Below are positions 36,831 to 48,400 of a DNA stretch of 64,000 bases, piece after piece. Position 1 is the first letter of the stretch. Each line of letters begins with the position of its first letter. Made by a program: the position numbers and the translations under genes. The stretch lies in NCBI GenBank assembly GCA_030704615.1, contig CM060731.1, forward strand, positions 68,138,001-68,202,000, read 5' to 3'. The notes under the pieces are model-generated. The model was not told the origin of the DNA. It worked only from the letters and a program-made list of their open reading frames with translations, and made no database searches. This DNA is from Takakia lepidozioides (taxonomy: Eukaryota; Plantae; Bryophyta).

Positions 36831-39800
36831 ATGGCTTCCTCCGAAGCAGAGTTTTACTCTGTGGAGAAACCAGTACCTTTCTCGAAGGAGACCAATGACA
36901 ATGGTTTTGCAATTGCGGAGGAACATCTCCTAGTAACGCGTTTCGAGTTCCAGTATGGTACTGTGTGGCTGGAAAGAGAGGTTTACGATGTCGATGGAAA
37001 GTTGAAGAAGTATGCTTTCCAGAAACCGGATGAAAACGCATTTATGAGTCAGTGGAGAGTTCCTCTAGGAAGATACAGAGTCCTTGGAGCTCCTCGCCGG
37101 CAGTCGATTGGTTCGTATGTGACGCCGGGAACTGCTGCTTCTGTTGTTCAAGACAAGAGGAATGTGGCCGTGAAGACGGAGCCCACAACTTCCAGACAAA
37201 TTGTTGAGCTCTTCGACTCCTCGGAGGAGGACGTCCCGAAAATTCCTTTTGTGGCTCCTTCTCCGGTGGTCGTGGTGCCGGAATTGAAGGGCCTGTGTAG
37301 TGTCATTCCTAAATTGAAGTCAATGGGAGACATGCCCGGTTTCAAGAGTGAATTGCGGGGGATTGACTGGGACACTGTCCCTGTTGAGCGTGTACAGTAC
37401 CTTCCGGAATCTTTTGATGGGGATGTCGTCTTCGAGTTGCCTCCACCTGGGCGGGGTGGACCTGTTTCGAGCCTGATGCATGGAATGGACAAGAGACACG
37501 ATGGACACCCATGGTGCAGAACAAAGACATCCAATATTCAAAATGATGGCAAGCTCGTTTTCAGGAGAACGGTGTGCAATGGGCACCTGAGGTGCGAGAA
37601 TTTGAGTTGCAGACATTTCCTGCCGTCAGAGGTTCAGAATCAGAGCGAGTGGGAGGGTGTCGCCGAGAATCCTTTCAAGCCCGGTGAAGCACCTCCAAGC
37701 TCCAACACGTTCATTTGCAAGTTCTGCAAACGAGCGCCTTCCTGTGTGGCAGTGTGTGGAGCAAGAATGTACTATGTGGTGCACCGTTTTCCAACCTTGA
37801 TTAGAGCCGGTGTGCATTTCGGGTTCCACAACCATCCAGTGTCGAAGGGGGATTACAGGGAAAGTGTTGAAACAGTATCCAGGTTGATAAGACAAGAGTA
37901 TGAGAGCAATCCAATAGCCACCACCTCCACAATTGTTCTTGGAGCAAGCAAGACTTTCCTAGAAACCCATATTCTTAGTGAAGGAGATTCTGTGGGCAGG
38001 AAACTCGACAGGGCAGCCTTGGACAATGTTATGGATGACTTCTCTACCCTGAGCTCGCCGAACATTAAAAACCAGGTGAATGCATTGAGGATGGGCTCTG
38101 CTAACAGAGGGTACGTTGATAACATTTTCGAGTTGAAGCGACGGAGCAGGTATGACTACATTCAAGAGAGTGTGTTCCCAGGTCAAGGATCAAACAAAGT
38201 GTACATTTTCAAAATGTTCACAGCGGGGAGGGCAGCGGAGTCAGTCTTGTGAAGCGCATGCAGAAGGGTGGTGATCTTCAAAACTGTTTCCTTATGTTTG
38301 ATCACGTCAAACGGGTGAAAGACTGGACTACAATGGCGTGTCATGTTTACGATCCTTTCTACCAGCGAGTCATGACAATTGCAGTGTGTGATATGCAATT
38401 AGAGGATGCGGATTCGCAGCAGCTAATGTGGAGAAGTCTCATTCACGTTATGGACTCCCAGGGTCTTCCATCTCCAAATTTCGCCGCATTTATGGCCGAC
38501 AGTGCTCAAGCGAATTTCAATGCTCTTCACATTGTGTTTGGATCAAGAGATCCAAAGGTGCCAATGCCAGGAAGAGAGCGAACATGTCTTTTCCATTGGA
38601 CCCAGTCCCTTGAGAAACATACAAAGGCAGACATCAAACCGGAAATGCAGCCTATTCATCTTAGGCTATGCAAACAGTACAAAGATGCCAAAAGCATGGC
38701 AGAGGCGAATACATTGTTCCAGACAATTCGTGCCTGGTGGTTCTCATCTGGGGCTGCATCAGAAGATAGTATGAGAGCGCTAGAAGACTGGCTTTTTTGG
38801 CACTTCCGGTACAGACAATGGGGAGCATGCATTTGAAATCTTGCAAATTTCATTGAGTTTGTATCTATTTCCAGTCATGTTTGTTGTGGTGGGGTGTGCC
38901 TGTCCTCTTCTGATATATGTTTTTCCATTTTGCAGCACTTCTCAATTGAAGAGATGGCAGACATGCCCTCTTGCAATCTTGCGGAGACAGTGCACAATGT
39001 ATGGTTGCAGCAATCTGGAAAGCGGGCCGGGATTTGTATGTGGCGACGGCAAATGATCTGATTCGAGCTCTACTGCAATAGACGAGATATCGGGAGTTCT
39101 TGCGGGGTGGCGTTGGTGGCAAGGGTCCAGACAAGTCCGAGTTGATTTTGTGAGCAGCAAGAAGATCAGGGGATTCGAACAAGATTGCCAGGGCTGTCAG
39201 CATGTGTGCGGAAGGAACTCCACTGGTGTCATGCGGACTCCCACAGGCCAGACAGGGACAACTTCTCCATGCCGCGTGTTCCATTTCATCAGAGGTTTGT
39301 TTCCGGCATATCCAATGTGGACGATCCTTTGTCGCAAAGCCAAAGGCAGCCATCTCCCACAGTGAGTGCAATGGGGTAGGAGGCAAACGTGCTCCCCCCT
39401 GTGGTGGAGTCCATGTGCCCCGAAGAAGTCTGGCACATAGAACGCACCATTGCTGGGTCTCGAGTGAAGTGCATGGCAATCAGAGCAACCAATCGCGAGA
39501 AATGCAAGTCCTCCATATCCAAAGGCAAGGTCCGCACTCCGGCTCCGACCTTCACTGGTTTGTTCAATCCTTACGGGCAAGCCAAGGCGAAGAACCACAA
39601 ACCCTGATGACTGTGGTAGGTCCATGCGTGGGACCGTGCAACCATCGGTTGTCTCCTCCACCAAGCGTTTGGCCTGTGAAGGTGGGGACACATCTCACAA
39701 CTCACGAGATTGCCATGTTGGAGGAGGCAGGCTTCTCCCTTCAGCGAGCCCCCTCTGTACATGCAGTTGCTTCTACTTCAGCAAGTTCTAGAGTGCCACC

Positions 39801-40216
39801 ACCGAACGCTGATGAATGGCCAACAAAACGAAATGGGAAGTTGGTTCATTGTTTCCCTCCGACTGCCGAGCATTTCGGCAAGGTAGAATCCGCTCGAATG
39901 CTTCAAGGTCGTGTTATAGGCACTACGGAAGTTCCACATCCCGGGTATGGACGAATCTACACTATGATGACCTCCACATCCGCTATGCACGACCGGTTGT
40001 ACGACATCACAATTTCAAATTCTCCCAACTGCACCTGTCCTGATTTTGTTGGCATGCTTACAACAAGTTTGGGAAAGACAGGCAAATTTATACCCTGCAA
40101 GCATCTGTATTTTATCTTCTTGAACAGAATGGTTTGTGATCCCAGACGCGACATCTGAGGCCACCATGAGTTTCAACGAGGTGAATACACTTATACAGCG
40201 GGATATGAGCACATAG
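36831..40216 (+). pseudogene. Mutator-like transposase with GCM-like N-terminal Zn domain, DDE core and C-terminal SWIM finger
   Basis: DGHPWCRTKTSN..RRTVCNGHLRC..C..CKFC..C..GFHNHP (GCM-like). MFDH (D about 38300), FMADSAQA (D about 38498), CLFHW (38585), SCNLAETVHN (E about 38984). SWIM YDITISNSPNCTCPDF..PCKHLYFI. Intron about 38830-38935; frameshifts and stops present. Confidence 0.88.
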
Positions 40217-40447
40217 CATCCTCTTCACTTTGGTCAACTGCAAATTCCATTACTGCATTTCACAAGAGTTGAAACTTGAGCTTGATGTCCCTTCATATAT
40301 TTGATGCCAATGCAGCCTCCAATTATATTGTGCAATGTGTGCCATTTCTTTCTTGCATGTAGTCGTTCGAAAATAAATGGAATGGATGCAAATGCTTTCA
40401 CAAGTCATTGCTGCATTTTAATTTCCGGTGTTTTGCATGAATGAATG

Positions 40448-40674
40448 CCACGGCTATAGGCCCCTTGGCTATAGGTGCTATATGTTTCTGATGACATGGT
40501 ATCTGGCAAGTTGTCCAAATGCCACATCATTCAGACGACTGCCACGTTAGCAGGATAACGACACATCAGCAGGCCCACGCCACGTCAGCCTCAGGCTCAC
40601 GCTACGTCAGCGCGACCCCACGCTCACGCCACATCAGCTGGTGCGAGCTCACGCTCACGCGGAAGTCACGTCCC
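40448..40674 (-). repeat. Right terminal/subterminal inverted repeat region of the MULE
   Basis: CCACGGCTATAGGCCCC, GCCACRTCA motifs, terminal GCTCACGCTCACGCGGAAG..CCC. Confidence 0.8.
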
Positions 40675-40990
40675 TCAAATTAAGGGTGGATCCTCTGTCA
40701 GACCATTCTCCTCCCGGGAAGCGGGCGACACTCTTCTCCTCTCGGGTCCTCCTAGTGATACAAGCGAGTATGGAGCCGCAGAACTTCTTGAATGCGCCTC
40801 CCGACAAGGTGCGTCCACTAACCTCCACTTGACAGTCGACGTTCACCTTTTCGTGATATGGTCTACTCTTGGTCATTTGCAGTAGTCCATTGTCGGGACA
40901 CTTATGTCTCCGAAAACGTAGAGGTCACTCTGAAACTAAGAAACACTACATCGTGTTGTTTCTGACGGCGAGAACACTTAAATTGCGCAG

Positions 40991-41745
40991 GATGGCATCG
41001 TCCATCAACCTTCATTTGCAACATCGGGGAAGAGGAAACGGATGCTGTGAATATTGAGTGTCAACGGACTCCTCTGCTACCAGCCACCTCCAACCGGCGG
41101 TGAATTGTTTAAGGAGAGATTTTGTTTATGGAAAGTTACAGTTCATGTTCCCGACAGACCTTTTGTGGTTCACCGGCCCGGAGTCTTGAAGTTTCTCAAC
41201 CTTGCGTTCATGCATTTTCACGTGGCGATCTGGTCATGTGTTGAAAGAGATGTTCTTTGTAGGATGCTCGAGTGCTTAGTTCCTACGAAAATTGCGAAGA
41301 AGTTTTGTTTCATCTGGTCAACTGAGGATTGCAAAGACACAACCGGTTACATCCTGCTTGGGATGAAATATCTCGTTAAGGATATTCGCACTGTTCTTGC
41401 CAAGTACCCTGGCTTTGCAACGCATGGACTTGGTAGGGACAAATACTCTTTGTCAATGATGAGTCATCAAAGGGCCTCCGAAACCCACCAAATACTAGAT
41501 TCTTCCCTATTTTATACAAGCCATCACCAAAGGACTTGGTTGACCAGGATGATATAACAAAAGCTGTTTGGCCATATATATTGAAAATGACTGCAGCTTC
41601 AACAGTCATAGATTACATCAGCGAGAACCCTGCCAAGTGTTCTCGTAAGCCTATTGGTCGCGCCCATGCCTATTGGGCTTGGTATGGAAGATATGTTGAT
41701 CCTCGTGTTTGGATCCCACAACAAAAGAAACCTGATTACCTTGGT
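40991..41745 (+). pseudogene. FCP1/NIF-type HAD phosphatase-homology domain, copy 3
   Basis: KRML*ILSVNGLLC..VVHRPGVLKFLNLAFMHFHVAIWSC..KDIRTV, then a frameshift into QILFVNDESSKGLRNPPNTRFFP..VWPYILKM. Confidence 0.7.
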
Positions 41746-42712
41746 ATGTACTTATCCTACTATTTGTTGTTTATGGAGAATTTGATCTTGAAAGTGTCTT
41801 CCACTTGCACTTTTACTTTATCATTTTTTCTACAAATGTTCCACATTTCAGCTGACATTTGTCATATGAAAAATTGTTTTGCCCAGTCACATTTAAGGAG
41901 CGAATTCGAAAAGAAGAAGAAGAGCTTCGTGATTGGCAAGAATGGCGGGCTTCCCGGCAAGCTTCAAGGGCATCAAGAGATTCAACAAGTAGAGTTCCAA
42001 GTAACATTTCGGATGATAATGTTACTACTAGGTTCGAGTTCTCCGAAAGTATTTCCGTTTCCTTTGGTGCGGAGACCGTTGCAAGTGGTTGTGGTAACCG
42101 GAGGCGTCTTCAAAAACATGTATTGACTGCGAGCCGTTTGGGAGGAGGCTATGTAATATTAATGGGTTAGTGTAAGCCGTTGTATGGGTTCGAGCCGCTG
42201 GATAACATTAAGTCCAACGGATGTACAGTTGACGTTACATTATGTTTGACTGCAACGCCAAAGTTGCAATCTCTAATAAAATATGAATGTTTATCATCAA
42301 TGTATGCGGACACATTCTTTCATGCCATCCTCTTCATCACATGCCATGATTGTTCTATGTTTGGTTTTGTATGTCATCTGATATGGCAACCATTTTGTGC
42401 AAAAAGTTTTACATATCTGACCTCACATCATGGTGTAATTTATTGCATCATCCCATTTTTTTTTGTAAACGTCAACTTGGCAGTGGATGTTCTTCTAAAA
42501 CCACAATACATACTTATATTGTCTCCAAAAAATGTTTGGAGGATTATTGTTCATGGTTATATTGTGCATAAAACAACCAAAATAATCATATATATCGCTT
42601 TATCTCAATAATAAATTTTGTTTATTCATATTTCTCATATTAATTCTGGACCAAACAAAAGTCCAGAATTAGTTAAAATAGGGTTTATAACGTCGACATG
42701 AATGTCGAGGTT

Positions 42713-43280
42713 CTACACCAATTTCAAATCTACTTGTTGAATTCTAGAGTCAAGAGATATAGATCTAGTTAGTAAGTACATTGGCAGCCACGATCGTGTG
42801 TTGCCCTCCGATAATGAAAAATTTCGTCGAAGAATCGTCGATCTCCGCTGATCTCGTTGGTATCTTCTCACATACATTGTCCTCCTTCTCTGGATCAATT
42901 GGAGTGAGGTATACCGAATGTTGGGCATCCAGATGTCGGAGCTGCAGGAGAACATGGAACAAAGAACGGAAACACCAGCAAGACGAAGACGTAAGTCTAC
43001 GGCAGGATCATCAGTAACGGAACAGGATCAGAAAGGTGCTGGATCATTCTCAAAGAAGCGGAAACCAAAGAAATCCATTGATCCAACCCTTGCTCCCGAC
43101 GTAAGAGACCCAAGACAGCCGACATTTACGATAAGGATAAATCAATAGAACTGGCAAAAAATTTAATAGAATACTACGTAGACATGTTTTCATTCGATTT
43201 TAGTAGAACTTTCAAAATACCGATATCGCGAATGAATCTTGTTCCTAAACATATGGTTTACCGACCTTTGAACCTCAAGC
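42713..43280. pseudogene. Rearranged fragments of a second ParB/Srx-like gene
   Basis: Minus strand 42765-42935: SVYLTPID..FFIIGGQHTIVAA. Plus strand 43184-43280: FSFDFSRTFKIPISRMNLVPKHMVYRPLN. Confidence 0.5.
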
Positions 43281-44364
43281 ATAACGGCTGCGAACAATAC
43301 ATCCTGAAAACGGTCCCAGGAGCGAATAAATGTTTTGGTATCCTGACAGCTGTTGCTGTCTTCATTGAATTTGAATCATTTTTTGATTGATTGTTTCATG
43401 AGGTTTTTGTAGACAAAATTTCCAGATGCCACGTACCCGAATGTCTTTGGCACCCTTCACCTTCCTCTCTTTTCTCTCTCCAACCAAGAATTAGAGCCAC
43501 CTGACGTCTAAACAGAAAGCGGAAATTATGAGGACGAGGGTGGCGAGGCCAACGATTGGCGAATGGCGGTGGAAGCAAACTACAAAGGAAGGCAGGAGAC
43601 AGACACCCCAATATTATCTTGCACTGCTCGGGAGTGTAGTGCTGCTCCTCAAGCGTCCACTCCTTTATAGCCTCCGCGACAGCTGCAAGCTCGGGTGGGG
43701 GCGACGGTGGCTCAGGCACAGGAGCGTGCCATACGAATCCCTGGGACCGCACAGAGATCACAGGAAATGAATGCAAGCCCTCACAATGAATCAATGCAGA
43801 CGGCCCATCTTCCCCAAGCACAGAAATGAAGGATGTATCTCGGCGAATTTCACAAACTCTCCAAAACCAGCTGCAAAATGAAACCCCAACACACCACGCT
43901 TCCTTGCAACCATCCCCTACCACACAAAACACAGAGCCCAAATGCATAAAAGCATTTCACAAAACGACATGCAAGAAAAAATGACAATTTGCATTACAAT
44001 GAAAATTCGGCAGGGCACAAAAATCTAAACGCCAAACACTCAGCCCTAACATCTGCGTATGCAATCACACCCCGAGCTCTAATGTCTAGAACACAAAGCA
44101 GGAAACGGAACAGCTCATGCCGCTTCGAGCATGGGAGAGGTAAGTCGCCATGACCCAAAAATGAAGCCCAGAAATACACCCCCCTGCGAAGTACGGGCGA
44201 TCAAGCAAAACATGCACACAAAAGCGCCAAGGAAATGCGAGAGGGGTCACGATTTGCAAGCTCCAGGAACCCAGACTCTATGTGCGCGAACCGCAGACCC
44301 TCCCCCCCCCCCCAACTATGGGTTAACTCTCTCATCCCAGCTGACAAAAGGGTAAAGTTTAACG

Positions 44365-44830
44365 TTGGTTGTCCAAGGCTATCAAATGAGACTAACTGTC
44401 TCAGCCTTTCTTTTCATCCCCATTTTGATTGACCTTCTCTCTTGGAACATCAGGGGTCTAGGGTCTAATCAGGCAGCACTCAAACAAGCCAGGATCAAAT
44501 CTAGCTTGTCACCTTTTTTAAACAAAGACTCTATCATGCAAGAACACAAACTCGACCCTTCCAAAATCTTTTCTCTTTCTGACAACCTCTGGCCTCGAAC
44601 TAACTCGCTTTGGAAACCCACCTCCGCTGGCTCTAGAGGCGGTATTGCTCTTCTCTTCTCTCCCTCCCTCTTCCCTTGGATCCACTTTGAATCAGCCTGG
44701 GTCCAAGGTAGGGTCCAATTCTGCTCGTTAAACCTCCCTAATAACGTTGGTAGACTAGGTATAATCAATATTTACGCCCCAAACTCCCCGGCTGAGAGAT
44801 CTGATCTCTGGGAGCTTCTAGACATCAAAA
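44365..44830 (+). mobile_element. LINE endonuclease (EEP/APE) fragment
   Basis: LLSWNIRGLG..MQEHKL..GSRGGIALLF..IINIYAPNSPAERSDLWELL. Confidence 0.85.
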
Positions 44831-45429
44831 TGAAAGTGGAGTCAACAATTGACTCACTAGAAGAAAAACGCGGAATAACCACTCAGAAAGAGGAATATCA
44901 CAAGCTCTTTCGCCCAGACACAGGCTCTCCCCCCCCATAGAAAAGTGCTTGATGTTTTTATCTCATAATCACATAAGCACTGGCCAGTCCAATCCAAGTC
45001 ACATGCTTGGATTAATCAGCTATCCACCACTCCCTCAAGCACCATAAGTACTCGGCATCCTTAAAATGATAGAGCATCTTATGGACGGATCATGTTTGCG
45101 GTGGAGGTGGACAAAATCTTCACAGCCACTTGCAAAGACCGGAGGCTAATGCTGAGTAGATTACAAACCCTATGCACCCACATAGAATTACAATTCCCTG
45201 CCCAGGGAGGGCTTTTAGGAGAACTTCCAATATAGCAAAAAACAATCCATGAAGCTCGTGGTTCTGCAATTTGAATGCAGTCTGACCACTTGATTACCAG
45301 TACAAGTAGGATGTGCTGATGACCAGGCACAGTTTCGAGGAAACCACACAGTCTTGCTGATTGCAAGGCGGGTAGTAACAAGGGCTCAAAAGAAGTCAAC
45401 AAAACAAAAATGATCTGCCCCTTTCTGGC

Positions 45430-48400
45430 CTATCTGGCATCCTTCATCCTCCCAGACAATCGTTTTAGCTCAGCATGGATTTCCTCAATCCGTGGATGTA
45501 CGTTATTGTCTACAACAAAAGTATGCACCTGGTTGTCCACCTCAATGCAATAGCGCCCAGGCTCCTTTCTGATACCTCTATCATGCATCATTTTCCTAAT
45601 CTTTGCTGCATTGTCCCACCTTCCAGCAGCAGCATAGATGTTTGAGATAGCACATAACTTGCAGCATCCTGTGGAACCGTTTTGAAAAGCATTGTTGCCA
45701 CACGTTCTGCTACCTCCACATTGCTATGAACTCTGCAGGCACCCAGCAAGGCCCCCAACACTGCAACATCTGGTTCAATCGGCATTCTGTTGATTGTTAG
45801 AATTGAGCAAGAACATGAACAAGAACTAAAGTTTTAGACTAAAGCTAAAACTAAAGCTCTCCTCCCAACCATAGAAGCCACCATCATACTCTTACACTTA
45901 GACTAGTGGCTTCACCCCCGAGCTTGTACAAGAAGGTCTCTAGAAAGTCCTACTTGGTCACTTCCACTTCCACTATGGTGACCATCCACCTTCTAGCCAT
46001 TCACCTTCCAAATGTGAGTTAAACAAGATAGTCTCTTAGACTTCTAAACCTTTGGCCTTCAAGACTCCTAGTCTTCTAAATATGTTTAATTACTTCCAAC
46101 ACTCCCACTCAATTAAACCATATCATTGAGCTACTTCGTTTGTTTTTGGAGAAGAGACACCAAGTAAGGCTGAACACTTCATGTGTTTTGTTTGTGGTAG
46201 ACTCTTCATCAAAACATCCGCAACCATATCTCCTGTAGCACAATAGATCATCTTGATCTCTCCCTTGCATACAACTTCCCGTATGTAGTGATGTTGCACT
46301 TCAATGTGCTTCGTCCTTGAATGATACTTCGGATTCTGACTTAGTGCAATCGCACTTTGATTGTCACAATAGAGAGTCGTAGGTAGTGATTGGAGATGAT
46401 CCAAATCTCCAAGCAACTTCCGTAACCAAATAGCCTATTTTGCTGCTTGTGTAATGGACATGTATTCAGCTTCTATTGATGACAACGTTGTTGCAACTTG
46501 TCGTTTGCTAGACCAAGATATAGCTCCACCTGCTAGGAGAAAACAATGGCCTGAAGTTGATTTTCTACTATCAACGTCTCCTGCCCAGTCAGCATCAGCA
46601 AACCCCAACAAACTTGGATCTTCCACTCTCTTGTAGAGTAGACCAGAGGTTGATGTTCCTCTTAGATATCGAAATATCTCTTCACTGCTTTCCAATGGGT
46701 TTGTCCGGGATTTGAAAGAAATTGTGAGACCACTCCCACTGAATGTACAATGTCCGGCCTAGTACAAACCATGCAATACATCAAACTGCTGACTGCGCTT
46801 TGATAAGGAGTTTTTCTCATATCCTCTTGCTCTTCTTGAGTCTTAGGTGCCATATCCTTCGTAAGTGTCAAACCAACTTCGAGAGGAGTTGTTGTTGTTG
46901 ACTTACTCATCTCCAACTTAAACCTTTGTAGAATTGTCTCAATGTATTGTCGTTGATGCATGAATACTGTATGGTTCACTCGATCTCTGCTGATTTGAAT
47001 ACCAAGACAGAACCGATTCTCACCCATGTCAGTCATGGCAAACTCAGCACTCAACAGTGCTTTGGTTTCTGGCAACAACCTTTGATGATCGTTGGTGACA
47101 ATGATTGTGTCATCCACATATAGAGCTAGAACCACAAATTGCTCTCCCATCTTTTTCACATAGATGTTTGTGTCAGCAATGCTTCGCTCAAATCTTGCCT
47201 TTAAGAGGTAAGCATCGATCCTAGCATACCAAGCTCGAGGACTTTGTTTGAGTCCATACAAACTCTTTTGCAGCTTACATACAATCTCACTTCCTCCTTG
47301 TACAAACCCTTCAGGTTGTCTCATGTAGATCTCTTCTTGTAGTTCTCCATTCAGAATTGCGGTCTTAGTATCCATTTGATGAACTTTGTGATCATGTTGA
47401 GCTGCAAGAGCTAACAACATTCTGATAGAAGAAATCTTCACCACTGGTGAGAAGGTTTCATTGTAATCCACTCCTTGAATTTGTGCATAGTCTTTAGCTA
47501 CAAGACGAGCTTTGTACCGGTAAATAGATTTATCAGCTTTGTACTTCAACTTGAAGATCCACTTGCAACCAATGGCTCTTCGTCCTGCAGGCAACCTAGT
47601 GAGTGTCCATGTTTTGTTTTGCATCAATGAATCCAACTCTGAGTTGATTGCTTCTTCCTATTGTAGTTTGTCTGGAGAGCGCATCGCTTCCTCATATGTA
47701 GCAGGCTCAACCACTTGTGATGCTTCTTCCATAGCTTCAATGGCACTCATAGATGTAATCAGCCTACTAGGAACTTTTCCTTCCCGCTGAGATCTCCGTA
47801 GAATTGGCATATCTTCAACTTCATCTCTAGAGTCCATATCAACAAGTGGTTCACAAGTTGAACACCTCCATCATTTGCTTCAGCCATCTCTTGTATTGGC
47901 TCCTCATAAGACTCCTCTTGGAAATGGTGTAATGGCTCTAAGCTCATTCCCATGTCATCTTCTCCCGCTACCAAAGAGGGTATGAAACCTTCATCAAACA
48001 CTACATCCCTACTATGTTTGACAGCCTTAGTTGTCTTATTGAACAACTTAGTCAAGTTTCTTTCGCTTCTGAGTAGGGATATGGACATATGCACGACATC
48101 CAAAAATCTTACAATGAGCCAGACTAGGCTTCTGACCACTCCATACCTCTTCTGGTATTTTACCCAACACTGATTTGGTAGATATTCTATTGTGAAGATA
48201 TGCTGCAGTGCCAACAGCTTTGCCCAAAAATGATTTGAAATATTCACTTCTTTCAACATACTCCTTGCAGATTCTTGTAGTGATCTATTCATCCGCTCAG
48301 CTACACCATTCTGCTTAGGTGTATATGGAACAGTAAGCTGTCGAACTATTCCATTCCCTTGACAAAACTGATTGAAAGCCTTTGAGATGTAGTCACCACC

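Larger units (their letters stand above)
28612..40674 (+). mobile_element. 12.06-kb Mutator-like (MULE) DNA transposon carrying a ParB-like/DNA amino-methyltransferase gene
   Basis: TSD TCAAATTAT (28603-28611) / TCAAATTAA (40675-40683). Ends GGGGATGCTTCCGCGTGAGCGTGAGC and GCTCACGCTCACGCGGAAGTCACGTCCC. Inner inverted motif GGGGCCTATAGCCGYGG at 28775-28791 and 40448-40464. Internal DDE/SWIM transposase. Excising the element restores the flanking reading frame. Confidence 0.88.

Noticed and set aside
43396-43947. 183-aa minus-strand ORF
   Set aside because: Partly coding-like, but I cannot assign a family or gene structure.
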